From positions 392,612-456,611 of the forward strand of contig JBAZNA010000001.1 of assembly GCA_041649475.1 (NCBI GenBank): a DNA stretch of 64,000 nucleotides, given 5' to 3'. Of this stretch, positions 54,844-64,000 are shown piece by piece; positions within the stretch are counted from its first letter, which is position 1, and each line of letters starts with the position of its first letter. The notes beneath the pieces were generated by a model that was not told where the DNA came from, made no database searches, and saw only the letters and a program-made list of their open reading frames with translations. The DNA is from Patescibacteria group bacterium. GTDB lineage: Bacteria > Patescibacteriota > Patescibacteriia > Magasanikbacterales > GWA2-37-8. The position numbers and the translations under genes are program-made.

Positions 54844-56346
54844 TCAGACAACAACTTCACCGCCGAAGTCCGCGGCTAAAGTATTTAATTCCTGGTTCTC
54901 TTCTGCAGTTTGACCGGGAGCCACTTCACAACAAAGCAGGATCTTTTCGCCAAAGGCGTTGGCTAAAAAGCCCTCAATAATTTTTTTGGCTTTGTGTTCG
55001 TCCAACTTATCTTTATGAAAAGAGTAGGGAACTGATATGTGCAGTCCGGCGTCGTCAATTGATTCCAAGTTGCACATTTTTAAAATAAAAGTCAGGGCGT
55101 GATTTTCTTTGGAAATTTCTTCAACTATTTCATTCCATTTATCTTTGATTTGATCAATGGTTGTATTGGTTGGTTGAGCGGGTTTTTTTGCCGGTGTTGG
55201 CGTTTGAATTGGCGACTCTTCCGTTTTTGGTTCGGTCGTCTCGGTCGTTTTTGGTTCGGTCGCAGAAAAATTTACTATGAACAATTCCAAAGGTAATTGG
55301 GGCATGGGCGAGGATTTAATTTCACGCCGTCTGATTATCAAAGATTCCAGCATTTGAATCAATCGCGTGGACTCAATTTTGCTTGCCAGTTTTTTAATAA
55401 TTTTTAAATTGGCTTCACTGTAATCGGTGGCCAGATTTTTTTCCTGATGATTGGCTTGCATAATCATAATCACGCGCAAAACCTCAATGGTGTCATAACA
55501 AAATTGTTCCAGATTAACGCCGTCTGACACCAATTCATCCACTAGTGTGATGGCTTTATCTGTTTCTTGACTAATGGTGTGTTCAATAAATTGAATAACG
55601 GTTTGCACGTTGGAAGTCGGCAGAATCATCTCGGCGTCTTCAGGACCAATATTTTTTAAATTTAAACTCAAGATTTGCCCGAGCAAACTTTCGGCGTCGC
55701 GCATACAGCCGTCGCTTTTATTAATCACGCGTTCCAAAACCTTTTTATCGATTTTGACTTTTTCTTCTTTGGAAATGCGTTCTAACCGCTCCAGCATCTG
55801 GTCGTAACCGACTTTTTTGAAATTAAAACGCTGACAGCGGGAAATAATCGTGGCCGGTAGTTTGTGCGGTTCGGTAGTGGCCAGAATAAAAATCACGTGG
55901 GCTGGTGGTTCTTCCAGGGTCTTGAGCAGCGCGTTAAAAGCACTAGTTGAGAGCATGTGCACTTCGTCTATGATAAAGACCTTGTATTTGGACTTGGTCG
56001 GTTTGAATTGCGCGTTGTCTATGATATTTTCGCGCACGTTGTCCACGCCGGTATTGCTGGCCGCGTCAATTTCAATGACGTCAATATTGTGGCCGGCGGT
56101 TATCTCCACGCAGGAAGAGCATTCTTTGCACGGTTCAAAGTCCTTTTCCTTTCTATTTTCGCAATTTATGGATTTGGCAAACAGACGGGCCAAAGTGGTT
56201 TTGCCGATGCCGCGCGGTCCGGAAAACAAATAAGCATGGGCGATTTTGCCCGTGGCGATTTCATTGGTGATGGTCTTTATTATATGATCCTGACCGGTAA
56301 CATCAGAAAAACTTTGCGGCCGGTATTTTCTGTAGATTGTAGACAT
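54844..56346 (-). CDS. dnaX: DNA polymerase III subunit gamma/tau
   Basis: YRPQSFSDVTGQDH, GPRGIGKTT, a Cys4 zinc module (CENRKEKDFEPCKECSSC), and the SRC motif ISRCQRF. Confidence 0.9.
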   Translation of the reverse strand: MSTIYRKYRPQSFSDVTGQDHIIKTITNEIATGKIAHAYLFSGPRGIGKTTLARLFAKSINCENRKEKDFEPCKECSSCVEITAGHNIDVIEIDAASNTGVDNVRENIIDNAQFKPTKSKYKVFIIDEVHMLSTSAFNALLKTLEEPPAHVIFILATTEPHKLPATIISRCQRFNFKKVGYDQMLERLERISKEEKVKIDKKVLERVINKSDGCMRDAESLLGQILSLNLKNIGPEDAEMILPTSNVQTVIQFIEHTISQETDKAITLVDELVSDGVNLEQFCYDTIEVLRVIMIMQANHQEKNLATDYSEANLKIIKKLASKIESTRLIQMLESLIIRRREIKSSPMPQLPLELFIVNFSATEPKTTETTEPKTEESPIQTPTPAKKPAQPTNTTIDQIKDKWNEIVEEISKENHALTFILKMCNLESIDDAGLHISVPYSFHKDKLDEHKAKKIIEGFLANAFGEKILLCCEVAPGQTAEENQELNTLAADFGGEVVV

Positions 56347-56347
56347 A

Positions 56348-58867
56348 TTAAAGTGAGGTTTCGGTTACTTCGCTGTCTCCGGCTCCTATCGCCGACAGTT
56401 GGGCGCGTTCCATTATTTCCGCTTCAACGATTTCCCGCGGTCGGCCGTATTTCAGCCGTGATAATTCTTTGATGGCCGCGGCCAATTCCTTGTTGCCCGG
56501 CTTGGGCGGGTAGGTGAACATATTAAACGGCTTGGCGGCGGTGTTGTCAATAAGCAGTTTCACGTAAGCCGTGTATTGTTCAACATTGATCAAGTCATAA
56601 GCATTAAACACCGGTGCGAATTCTTTTTGCAATATTTCCGCGTCTTCAACGCCAATGCGGAAACTGACAATCGTGCCGGCATTGCCCAAGACCGCGTCGC
56701 GCACCGACGTTTTGCCTTTGTTGTCTTCAAGTTGCTTCATGTATTGGTGGGCGATGATAAGCTCCAAACGATATTTGCGGGCTTCGGATAAAATGGTGGC
56801 GATTGAATCGGTGATAAAGTTTTGAAATTCATCAATGTATAAATAAAAATCATTGCGTTCTTCTTCGGGAAGCGAGGCGCGCTCAAGGGCGGCCATCTGC
56901 AGTTTGGAAACAATAATCAAACCCAAAAGGTTTGAGTTTATCTCGCCGACCAAGCCCTTGGCCAAATTTACCAGCAGTATTTTTTTCTGATTCATTATTT
57001 CGCTGAAACTAAAACCGGAATGCGATTGGCCGATGATGTTTCTGATCATTGCGTTTTCCACGAAGCGGCCGACTTTGGAAATGAGATACCCAAGCATTTC
57101 TGATTTATGAAAATCAGAGGTCTTGGCCATTTCTTTGTCCCAGAAAGCCAAAACCATCGGATCGGTTAATTTTTTCTTCCATTCTTTAACGAATTCGTCG
57201 TCGGTAAACATGCGCGGAATCTCGGCAATCGTGCCCGGATTTTCCATGTCAGACATCAGGGTGAGCATGACGTTTCGCATGTTGTGCTCAAACATCGGGC
57301 CGATCATTGAAGGGTCGGTGACCAACTTATAGAAAATGGAAATCATTTCCTGGGTGGCAAAATCCTTTTGCCCTTCGGACTTTACCTCCAACATATTCAA
57401 GCCGATTGGCCTTTCCGTGTCAGAAGGATTGAAATATATGACATCGTCGGCTCTTTCTTTGGGCACGTGCTGTAAAACATATTCCACAAAATCGCCATGC
57501 GGATCAATGACACAGATGCCTTCTCCGTTTTGTACATCCTGAATGGCCATGTTTTGAATGAAGACCGATTTGCCGCCGCCGGATTTACCGATGGTGTATA
57601 AGTGCCGGCGCCGGTCAGCTGTTTTCATTTTAACAATTGTTTCTTCGCCTCGGTAAACCGCTCGGCCCAAAACAATGCCTTCTTTGGGCATGTTGACCGG
57701 TGGCGGCGCTTTACGCGCCCCCAGCCAGTTGATGTTTGGCGTTTCCGTGTTATGCAGAGGCATGTGCCAAAAACTGGCCATCTCTTCGGTATTGATAACC
57801 ATGTGTCTGTCTTCGCGCATTGACCGGTAAATTGAATCCCTGATCAGGGTGTTTGGTTTTTTGGGAATAGCCGCGCCCAAAGTATTTCCGTAGCGGTAAA
57901 TATTATATTGGCTGAAGGAATTGATGATGTTTTCCAAATTCAGAGTGGCCTTTTCTTTGCTGTCTGCCGAGCTGACCAGACGAATGGTGATTTCCAATCC
58001 GCCTTTGCTAAGTTTTTCTTCCATGTTTTTTACCATCTCTTCTTCCATTTGGGTTAGCTGATAAGGCGCGTCCTGATGTTGCTTGCTCGGATCCTTGCTT
58101 TTTGTAAAAAGTAATTTTTTCCAGCCGCTCCAAGCGCGCGCCAAAGCGCCGCGGCGCATCACGTATTCAAATTTTTCTCCCTTTTTAATGTCGCGGATCA
58201 TGTGCACGCCCTGCCGGCGCCACTTTGGTCCGGCCGGTCTAACTACATATTGAACCAAGGCGCCTTCTTCCTCCGCTATTTTGCTAAGCGGATTGAGCAG
58301 GGCCGCCAAAGGATCACTGTCGGCTTTTTTATATGACTTTAAAGGAAAGGCCGAACGATGTTTGAGCCACAAGTACGCGCCGACAATATGGCTTTGTGGT
58401 TTGAAAATATTATAGTCCGGTTCTTCGGTGATTTCGGCGTGCGGGTATTGAGCATGGATTTGTTGCTCCACAAACCCCTTTATTTTGTCCGGCACAGCCA
58501 CATAGTAGGAAATTTTACTGTCCTTGACGACCAATTCAAAAGATACATGGTCATTTCTGCCTCTTAACCAGGCCAAAAGTCCGCTTTCCCGGTGCAAACC
58601 GGCGATGGCGGAAAAAAGGCCTTCAGTGGTGGCGATTTCTTCGCGGGTTTGGTTGATATTTTCTTCAACATTGGCCGACTCCGGTTTTTCACCCTTTTTT
58701 TCTTTCGGGACTTTTATGAGCAGTATGGTTTTGTGGAAGGCCTTGCCCTCACGACCACGTACCGTTAGCATCGCTTTTAAGATATACAACAGAGCAATAA
58801 AAAATATTACTAGAAGGATAGGGGAGAGTAGTAATAGCAATTGAGTATTTATATTTATTATAAACAT
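56348..58867 (-). CDS. Membrane-anchored FtsK/HerA/VirD4-superfamily P-loop ATPase (type IV secretion/DNA-translocation-like)
   Basis: N-terminal TM. The N-domain is paralogous to ORF 49696-51093. Walker A IGKSGGGKS, Walker B-like YLYIDEFQNF, and SEARKYRLELIIAHQ typical of HerA/VirD4-type ATPases; 839 aa. Confidence 0.6.
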   Translation of the reverse strand: MFIININTQLLLLLSPILLVIFFIALLYILKAMLTVRGREGKAFHKTILLIKVPKEKKGEKPESANVEENINQTREEIATTEGLFSAIAGLHRESGLLAWLRGRNDHVSFELVVKDSKISYYVAVPDKIKGFVEQQIHAQYPHAEITEEPDYNIFKPQSHIVGAYLWLKHRSAFPLKSYKKADSDPLAALLNPLSKIAEEEGALVQYVVRPAGPKWRRQGVHMIRDIKKGEKFEYVMRRGALARAWSGWKKLLFTKSKDPSKQHQDAPYQLTQMEEEMVKNMEEKLSKGGLEITIRLVSSADSKEKATLNLENIINSFSQYNIYRYGNTLGAAIPKKPNTLIRDSIYRSMREDRHMVINTEEMASFWHMPLHNTETPNINWLGARKAPPPVNMPKEGIVLGRAVYRGEETIVKMKTADRRRHLYTIGKSGGGKSVFIQNMAIQDVQNGEGICVIDPHGDFVEYVLQHVPKERADDVIYFNPSDTERPIGLNMLEVKSEGQKDFATQEMISIFYKLVTDPSMIGPMFEHNMRNVMLTLMSDMENPGTIAEIPRMFTDDEFVKEWKKKLTDPMVLAFWDKEMAKTSDFHKSEMLGYLISKVGRFVENAMIRNIIGQSHSGFSFSEIMNQKKILLVNLAKGLVGEINSNLLGLIIVSKLQMAALERASLPEEERNDFYLYIDEFQNFITDSIATILSEARKYRLELIIAHQYMKQLEDNKGKTSVRDAVLGNAGTIVSFRIGVEDAEILQKEFAPVFNAYDLINVEQYTAYVKLLIDNTAAKPFNMFTYPPKPGNKELAAAIKELSRLKYGRPREIVEAEIMERAQLSAIGAGDSEVTETSL

Positions 58868-58885
58868 AGTAACTAGATATCGGTG

Positions 58886-58937
58886 AGTAAGGAATCTTTT
58901 TTCGCCAAGCTTCGCTAGTGCTCAAAAAGTTTCCTTA
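58886..58937. repeat. Hairpin (GTAAGGAA/TTCCTTAC stem) carrying copy 1 of a ~22-nt conserved loop motif CGCCAAGCT(a)TCGCTAGTGCTC
   Basis: Perfect 8-bp stem. The loop matches the reverse complement of the loop of the 59544-59602 hairpin apart from a 1-nt indel. Confidence 0.4.
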
Positions 58938-58952
58938 CCCACCAATAAGTTG

Positions 58953-59453
58953 TTATATCTTATTTTTTAAGGCAATAATCCTGTCCGTTTTTATTTTTGC
59001 CTCCTGTTCCAAAAAGAATCTATTAATACCCGGTAACATTTTTAGCCACTCTAAAATTAATCTAAAGATTTTTTTTGCCTGAACATGAGCTGATTTAAGC
59101 AGTTCTCTAATTTTACCGGCTGTCTGTTCGCCTTTTAGCTTAAATTCCTGCTGGGCAACCGGGGATAAGCGTGAAAATGAGTCCTTTAAACCCTCTTCCA
59201 GTATTTTTTCCACCTTAACAGCCATTTCATCGCGCAGCAAAGGGACAAAGGTCTTGTGGATTTTAGGAAACGTTGCCGGTTTGGCAATTGTTTTTTCCGA
59301 CTCTCTTGGTGTTTGTTCCGGTGCCGACGTTTCCTGTTCGTTTTGTCCTTCTGTTTCTAGTGCTTCTTCGGTTGGAGCAGCTTGGTTTTCGGTTGGCTTA
59401 ATTTCTGGTGTAATCTCTGTGGACGGCATCTCTTCGGCTTGGTTATCTGTCAT
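58953..59453 (-). CDS. Hypothetical protein (acidic/Pro-rich N-terminus, helical C-terminus)
   Basis: ORF-only call; start chosen at MTDNQAEE. Flanked by the two inverted motif copies. Confidence 0.35.
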   Translation of the reverse strand: MTDNQAEEMPSTEITPEIKPTENQAAPTEEALETEGQNEQETSAPEQTPRESEKTIAKPATFPKIHKTFVPLLRDEMAVKVEKILEEGLKDSFSRLSPVAQQEFKLKGEQTAGKIRELLKSAHVQAKKIFRLILEWLKMLPGINRFFLEQEAKIKTDRIIALKNKI

Positions 59454-59521
59454 AGTTTTTGTATATTTTAGACGAGAATAGTATACCATATTTTAAAGGT
59501 TTCGGAAAATGTGGTATAATG

Positions 59522-59530
59522 TTTCTATAA
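59522..59530 (+). promoter_or_regulatory. Extended -10 promoter-like motif TGGTATAAT upstream of corA
   Basis: AAATGTGGTATAATG lies 79 nt upstream of the corA ATG; the leader hairpin lies between it and the start codon. Confidence 0.35.
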
Positions 59531-59543
59531 AGTAGGTTGGTAA

Positions 59544-59602
59544 GCAATTTTGAGCACTAGCGATAGCTTGGCGAAAAATTGCTTACCAACCTAATTCTCT
59601 AA
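59544..59602 (+). promoter_or_regulatory. 18-bp perfect-stem hairpin in the corA leader carrying copy 2 (inverted) of the conserved 22-nt motif
   Basis: AGGTTGGTAAGCAATTTT / AAAATTGCTTACCAACCT arms around the loop GAGCACTAGCGATAGCTTGGCG. It ends 6 nt before the corA ATG, so it could occlude the ribosome-binding region. Confidence 0.45.
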
Positions 59603-59608
59603 AAAATT

Positions 59609-60535
59609 ATGAAACACCTCTACGAAATTCAACACGATGGTTTACTTTGGGTAAATATAACTAAACCGGAAGAAAAAGTTTTACGAATAGCGCAAAAGCG
59701 TTTTAAATTTGACGATCAGGATATTTTAGAAAGTTTGCCGCCATTCCAGCGCCCGAAAATCGTAAAAAAACCGGAATATTACTTTATGGTTCTGCATTTT
59801 CCGGTTTTTGACCGCGTCAGCAAACGGCTTAGTTTTACCGAAGTTGACTTCTTTTTAAGCGCCAACCATCTCATCACCGTGCATGAAAGCAAATTGCCGG
59901 TAATTGATAAATTTTTTACTGATTGCCAAAAAAATCTGGCTACGCGCGGTCAGTTTTTCAAGGGCACGGCCGTGAATTTATTATTTGAACTGTTAAGCCG
60001 TCTTTTAGATGCCATTTTTCCGATTTTACTTCACGTCAATGATGATATCAACTCGGTGGATAAGAAATTATTCGCGCGTATGCCTGACCGGGCCATGGCT
60101 GAAGAGATTTTGCGCCTGAAAACCAACATTGTTACTTTTAGGCGCACTATGCAAGGCCACCGCACGGTTTTGGAGCGGCTGATAATGTACAGCGGCCGCG
60201 AATTGGATCTGGTGTCGTGTCAAGGGTATATAAATTCGTTGCGCGAGTTTACCAATGAAATCTGGCACATGCTGGACAGCCAGCAGGAAAGTATCAATGC
60301 CCTGCACGAAGCCAATGAGTCGCTGGTTGGTTTGCGCATGAATGAAACCATGAGAACTTTGACGATAATTTCGGTAATCACTTTCCCGTTAACTCTGCTG
60401 GCCACTTTGTTTGGTGTAAAAGCAAAAGGTACCCCGTTTATTGATGATCAGTGGGGTTTTTGGATGATTTTTGGCCTCATCGCCCTTGGCGCTTTGTTGT
60501 TGATTTTGATTTTTAGGAGAAAGAGATGGCTTTAG
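59609..60535 (+). CDS. corA: CorA-family divalent cation (Mg2+/Co2+) transporter
   Basis: Typical N-terminal cytoplasmic domain ([27 protein letters not shown]) and two C-terminal TM helices. The loop between the helices is FGVKAKG rather than the canonical YGMNF; 308 aa. Confidence 0.7.
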   Translation: MKHLYEIQHDGLLWVNITKPEEKVLRIAQKRFKFDDQDILESLPPFQRPKIVKKPEYYFMVLHFPVFDRVSKRLSFTEVDFFLSANHLITVHESKLPVIDKFFTDCQKNLATRGQFFKGTAVNLLFELLSRLLDAIFPILLHVNDDINSVDKKLFARMPDRAMAEEILRLKTNIVTFRRTMQGHRTVLERLIMYSGRELDLVSCQGYINSLREFTNEIWHMLDSQQESINALHEANESLVGLRMNETMRTLTIISVITFPLTLLATLFGVKAKGTPFIDDQWGFWMIFGLIALGALLLILIFRRKRWL

Positions 60536-61910
60536 TTCCATCTTTTGTATCTTCAACTTTATAACCCATTTCTTCCAGTTTTTTTCTTATCTGGTCGCTT
60601 TCGGCCCAGTTTTTTTGTTTACGCGCCTCGTCGCGGGCGTGCAGAAGTTTTTTTACTTCATCGGACAGTTCAGCGGCTGGGGTGTCTTTGAATTCTGCTA
60701 AATTTAATCCAAAAATTTCGTCAAATTTAAATAACTGTTCCTTGGAAATTCTTCGGTCGCGCACCGCCTGCCAGACCAGGGCCAGCGCGGCCGGCACATC
60801 CAGGTCATTATTAATTTTTTCCAAAAATTGTTGGGACAAAGTTTTATCTTCATCTTTTTCAGGTAACTGCGCCAGTGATCGGTATAAATGATCCAAACCG
60901 TTTTGCGCTCCTTCCAGTGCCTCCCAAGTAAAATTCAATTGTTTCCGATAATGAGTTTGTAATAAGAAATAGCGATAAGCAAGAGGGGAGAATCCCTTTT
61001 CTTTCAAAACCCCCATAGTGATAAAGTTTTCGCCAGATTTAGCCATTTTTTCACTTCCGGTGATCAAAAACTCCCCATGCATCCAGTAATTTGCCAGGGG
61101 TTTGCCGTTAGCCGCTTCGCTTTGGGCGATTTCATTGGTGTGGTGAACAGAAACATGATCAATGCCGCCGCAGTGAATATCAAACGGCTGGCCCAAATAT
61201 TTTTCCGACATTGCCGAGCATTCTATGTGCCAACCGGGGAAACCGACACCCCACGGGCTTGGCCATTCCATTTGGCGTTGTTGTCCGGCTGGAGAAAATT
61301 TCCACAACGCGAAGTCGGTGAGATGTTTCTTTTCTCCCATTTCCACTCTGGCGCCGGCTTGCAGTTTCTGGTTTTGCAAATTAGCCAGTTTGCCGTAGTC
61401 CTTTAATTTTGAAGTGTCAAAATAGATGCCGTCCGAGGTTTTGTAGGTATATTTCTTTTTTTCCAGTTTTTTGATCAGTTTAATTTGTTCCTTTATATGA
61501 TCTGTTGCTTTTGGCATTTCGTCCGGCGGTAAAATATTTAAGTCCTTTAAATCATTAATAAAAGCGTTGGTATAAAATTTGGCGATCTCCCAGGCGGTTT
61601 TGCCTTCACGCTTGGCGCCTTTTTCCATTTTATCTTCGCCTTCATCAGCATCGCTGGTCAGATGGCCGACATCAGTAATATTCATCACGTGTTTAACCTT
61701 CAAACCGTTATATTCCAAAACCCTTTTTAAAATATCTTCAAAAACAAAAGACCGCAAATTGCCAATATGCGCGTAGTTATAGACCGTGGGTCCGCAGGCA
61801 TACATTCCGACTTTGCCCTTTTTGATCGGCTTAAATTCTTCTGTTTTTCGGGTGAGGGTATTAAAAAGTTTGAGAGACATATGAATATAGTTTACCTCAT
61901 TTATCCCCAC
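60513..61910 (-). CDS. cysS: Cysteinyl-tRNA synthetase
   Basis: HIGH-type motif [13 protein letters not shown]-type motif KMAKSGENF, and zinc-binding Cys residues; 465 aa. Convergent with corA and overlapping it by 23 nt. Confidence 0.9.
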   Translation of the reverse strand: MGINEVNYIHMSLKLFNTLTRKTEEFKPIKKGKVGMYACGPTVYNYAHIGNLRSFVFEDILKRVLEYNGLKVKHVMNITDVGHLTSDADEGEDKMEKGAKREGKTAWEIAKFYTNAFINDLKDLNILPPDEMPKATDHIKEQIKLIKKLEKKKYTYKTSDGIYFDTSKLKDYGKLANLQNQKLQAGARVEMGEKKHLTDFALWKFSPAGQQRQMEWPSPWGVGFPGWHIECSAMSEKYLGQPFDIHCGGIDHVSVHHTNEIAQSEAANGKPLANYWMHGEFLITGSEKMAKSGENFITMGVLKEKGFSPLAYRYFLLQTHYRKQLNFTWEALEGAQNGLDHLYRSLAQLPEKDEDKTLSQQFLEKINNDLDVPAALALVWQAVRDRRISKEQLFKFDEIFGLNLAEFKDTPAAELSDEVKKLLHARDEARKQKNWAESDQIRKKLEEMGYKVEDTKDGTKAISFS

Positions 61911-61946
61911 TTATCAACACAGGCACTGTCCTTGCTTTTGTTTTTC

Positions 61947-61955
61947 TGGTATAAT
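61947..61955 (+). promoter_or_regulatory. Extended -10 promoter-like motif TGGTATAAT upstream of pilM
   Basis: TTCTGGTATAATTTAG lies 22 nt before the pilM ATG. Confidence 0.3.
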
Positions 61956-61976
61956 TTAGTTGACATTAATTAATCT

Positions 61977-63128
61977 ATGCCATTTTTTAAGCCAAAGTCC
62001 TATCTGGGAATTGACATCGGCGCGGGTGGGGTCAAACTGGTGGAGTTGCGCCATGAGAAAAATCGGCCTGTTTTATTTACTTACGGGCTTACCTCTGACC
62101 GGCAAGATGTGCATAAGTTAGTTGTAAAAAACGACCTCACCGTTAAAGATTTATTAAAAAAAGATACTGTCCAAGCGTCTCCAGCGCCAATTGCAAGCGA
62201 AGATCAAAATAAATTGAGCGACCAGCAGGTGCAGAAATACGCCAATTTAATCAGAACGGTGTGCAAAACCGCCAAAACAACGTCAAAGACGGCCGTGGTC
62301 AGCTTGCCGGTTTCTTCGGTTTTCCACGCTATTGTAACTTTGCCGGTTGTTAAAAAAGAAGAACTTGACCATTTAGTGAAAGCCGAGGTAAAAAAGCTGT
62401 TGCCTATGCCGCTTGAAGAAATGGCTCTGGATTATCAGGTGGTGCAGACGGTCGAGGGCGACAGGGCCCAGAAAATACTCGTTAATGCCGTGCCGCACAA
62501 TTTGATTGCATTTTATTCAAAAATATTTCAAAAAGCCGGTTTAACACTAGATGCGCTTGAACCGGAGTCAACGGCCTTAACCAGATGTTTGGTTGGTAAA
62601 GATCAGGGGGTCTCCATGATTATTGACATCGGCGCCGAGAGAACCAATTTTTGTATTATTGATAATGGCACCCCGGTAACACACCAAAGCATTGAATCGG
62701 GCGGCAACAAGGCGGATAAAATTTTACAGAACATATTGGGCGTTCCCCATGAGCAGGTTGAGCAAGTTAAATATGATTTGTTTGAGAACCTGGCCCTGCC
62801 AAACAACAAAATAATTTCCGAACAGAAGTTTTTGGATATTTTTATGCCGGTTATTGATCCGATTGTTAAAGAAATTGAAGTCAGTTTGGAAATCTTTTTA
62901 AGACAGAGCGGAAATGAAGGCAAACGGCCGGAAAAAATTATTTTAACCGGCGGTATGGGATTTGTTCCGTATTTTTCCAAGTACATTTCCGATAAATTCA
63001 AGGTTAAATCATATTTGGGCGATCCTTGGGCAAGAATTGTTTATCAGGAGGGACTTAAACCGATTTTAAGCCAAATTGGGCCAAGAATGTCAGTGGCCAT
63101 CGGTCTGGCTCTAAAAAACTTAGTATAA
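61977..63128 (+). CDS. pilM: Type IV pilus assembly ATPase-like protein PilM (actin/FtsA fold)
   Basis: N-terminus KSYLGIDIGAGGVKLVEL and a second actin-like motif IIDIGAERTNFCII; 383 aa. Confidence 0.8.
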   Translation: MPFFKPKSYLGIDIGAGGVKLVELRHEKNRPVLFTYGLTSDRQDVHKLVVKNDLTVKDLLKKDTVQASPAPIASEDQNKLSDQQVQKYANLIRTVCKTAKTTSKTAVVSLPVSSVFHAIVTLPVVKKEELDHLVKAEVKKLLPMPLEEMALDYQVVQTVEGDRAQKILVNAVPHNLIAFYSKIFQKAGLTLDALEPESTALTRCLVGKDQGVSMIIDIGAERTNFCIIDNGTPVTHQSIESGGNKADKILQNILGVPHEQVEQVKYDLFENLALPNNKIISEQKFLDIFMPVIDPIVKEIEVSLEIFLRQSGNEGKRPEKIILTGGMGFVPYFSKYISDKFKVKSYLGDPWARIVYQEGLKPILSQIGPRMSVAIGLALKNLV

Positions 63129-63136
63129 AATATTAT

Positions 63137-63529
63137 ATGGCAAAAAAAGAAACCGCCAACCAAACACACGTTTTAATAGTGGAGGATGATAATTTTTTGG
63201 CTGAAATCTATCAGAAGAAATTTGAGATGGAGGGCTTTAAAGTGAGCGTGGCCGGTAACGGTGAGCTGGGCCTCTCCGATGCCAAAAAGAAAAAGCCGGA
63301 TATTATTCTTTTAGACATTCTTCTGCCCAAGCTTGACGGCTTCGCGGTTTTGGAAGCGCTTAAAAAAGATGCGTCAATGAAAAATATACCCATAATTTTA
63401 CTCACCAATCTTGGCCAAAAAGATGATGTTGAGCGCGGTTTGAAGGAAGGCGCGAATGATTACCTGATCAAGACCCATTTCAAGCCGTCGGAGGTTGTGG
63501 ATAAAGTCCGGAAAGTATTAAGACAATAA
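63137..63529 (+). CDS. CheY-like response regulator receiver domain protein
   Basis: [15 protein letters not shown], phospho-acceptor Asp in ILLDILLP, and the conserved Thr/Lys ([16 protein letters not shown]); 130 aa with no output domain. Confidence 0.8.
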   Translation: MAKKETANQTHVLIVEDDNFLAEIYQKKFEMEGFKVSVAGNGELGLSDAKKKKPDIILLDILLPKLDGFAVLEALKKDASMKNIPIILLTNLGQKDDVERGLKEGANDYLIKTHFKPSEVVDKVRKVLRQ

Positions 63530-63602
63530 TCTAAAAAAGTGGTATACTATTGTAATTAAGCATTTAAAGTATGTTATCTACAATTGGAAAGGGGGTGAGA
63601 AT

Positions 63603-64000
63603 ATGAATAAGAAAGGTTTTACTTTGATTGAATTGTTGGTGGTTATCGCCATCATTGGTTTACTCTCCACCTTAGCCGTCGTGGCTTTGGGTAACGCCAG
63701 AGTTAAAGCTCGCGATGCCAAACGTCTGTCGGATTTGAAACAACTGCAAACTGCATTAGAGCTTTATTATACTGATAATAATATGTATCCGGCCGGATCA
63801 AGCGTAGCGTTGGGAGATTCCAACCATGCTTGTTTGAACTCTGCTGCTGGTTTCACAACCACAGGTTGTACAAATCCATACATGGGTCAAGTACCAACCG
63901 ATCCACAGACAGGCAACTATACCTACTCCGGTTCAACCAGCACGTATACAGTGTCAGCCAGTTTAGAAGGCACTATGAATGGTTTAACTGGCGCTATCAC
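63603..64000 (+). CDS. Type IV pilin/pseudopilin (prepilin); the 3' end lies outside the window
   Basis: Translation [60 protein letters not shown]... has the classic G/FTLIE prepilin peptidase site and hydrophobic helix. The ORF runs off the window end. Confidence 0.75.
   Translation, partial: MNKKGFTLIELLVVIAIIGLLSTLAVVALGNARVKARDAKRLSDLKQLQTALELYYTDNNMYPAGSSVALGDSNHACLNSAAGFTTTGCTNPYMGQVPTDPQTGNYTYSGSTSTYTVSASLEGTMNGLTGAI

Noticed and set aside
59534-59608. M-box (ykoK) Mg2+ riboswitch in the corA leader
   Set aside because: The leader between the -10 box and the ATG is only about 75 nt and consists of a single perfect hairpin. M-box elements are about 160 nt with a multi-helix architecture. 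The element is kept as an unclassified leader hairpin.
1-64000. CRISPR array
   Set aside because: I found no regularly spaced short direct repeats with unique spacers anywhere in the window. The repeats seen are coding (LamG junctions, giant-protein modules) or isolated hairpins.

Overview
The window looks like a streamlined bacterial chromosome with a small, mostly co-directional gene set; an origin in Patescibacteria/CPR is my inference from content. That content is type IV pilus genes (pilM, a prepilin), a VirD4/HerA-like ATPase, giant repetitive surface proteins, intron-bearing tRNAs and many housekeeping genes. The housekeeping genes are mreB, holB, frr, glyQS, tpiA, tdk, secA, secDF, dus, folD, dnaX, cysS, corA and an unannotated rpmG.

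The most striking locus is at 15.7-39.6 kb. A promoter-proximal anchored repeat protein and a 2852-aa giant repetitive Thr/Gly/Ser-rich protein are followed, with 1-15 nt gaps, by six tandem paralogous secreted proteins. Each paralog is built from three LamG/ConA-like (Laminin_G_3-type) domains, and highly conserved DNA at every domain junction offers a ready substrate for recombination and domain shuffling.

A second notable locus is the tRNA cluster at 11.2-12.9 kb. tRNA-Tyr(GUA) and tRNA-Thr(GGU) are each interrupted in the anticodon loop by a ~200-nt intervening sequence. The Tyr one has recognisable group-I-like core motifs. Between the two tRNAs sits an AT-rich ORF with a LAGLIDADG-like motif plus an HTH.

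Other oddities:
- an AT-rich islet (39.6-41.3 kb) with an ORF6N/KilA-N-like protein;
- a non-canonical tRNA-like element on the minus strand near 45.9 kb;
- a paralogous N-terminal domain shared by a 465-aa membrane protein and an 839-aa VirD4/HerA-superfamily ATPase that flank secDF;
- two inverted copies of a ~22-nt motif inside hairpins around the corA leader;
- a recurring extended -10 motif, TGGTATAAT.

All calls rest on reading the supplied ORF translations and the raw sequence; no searches were run.
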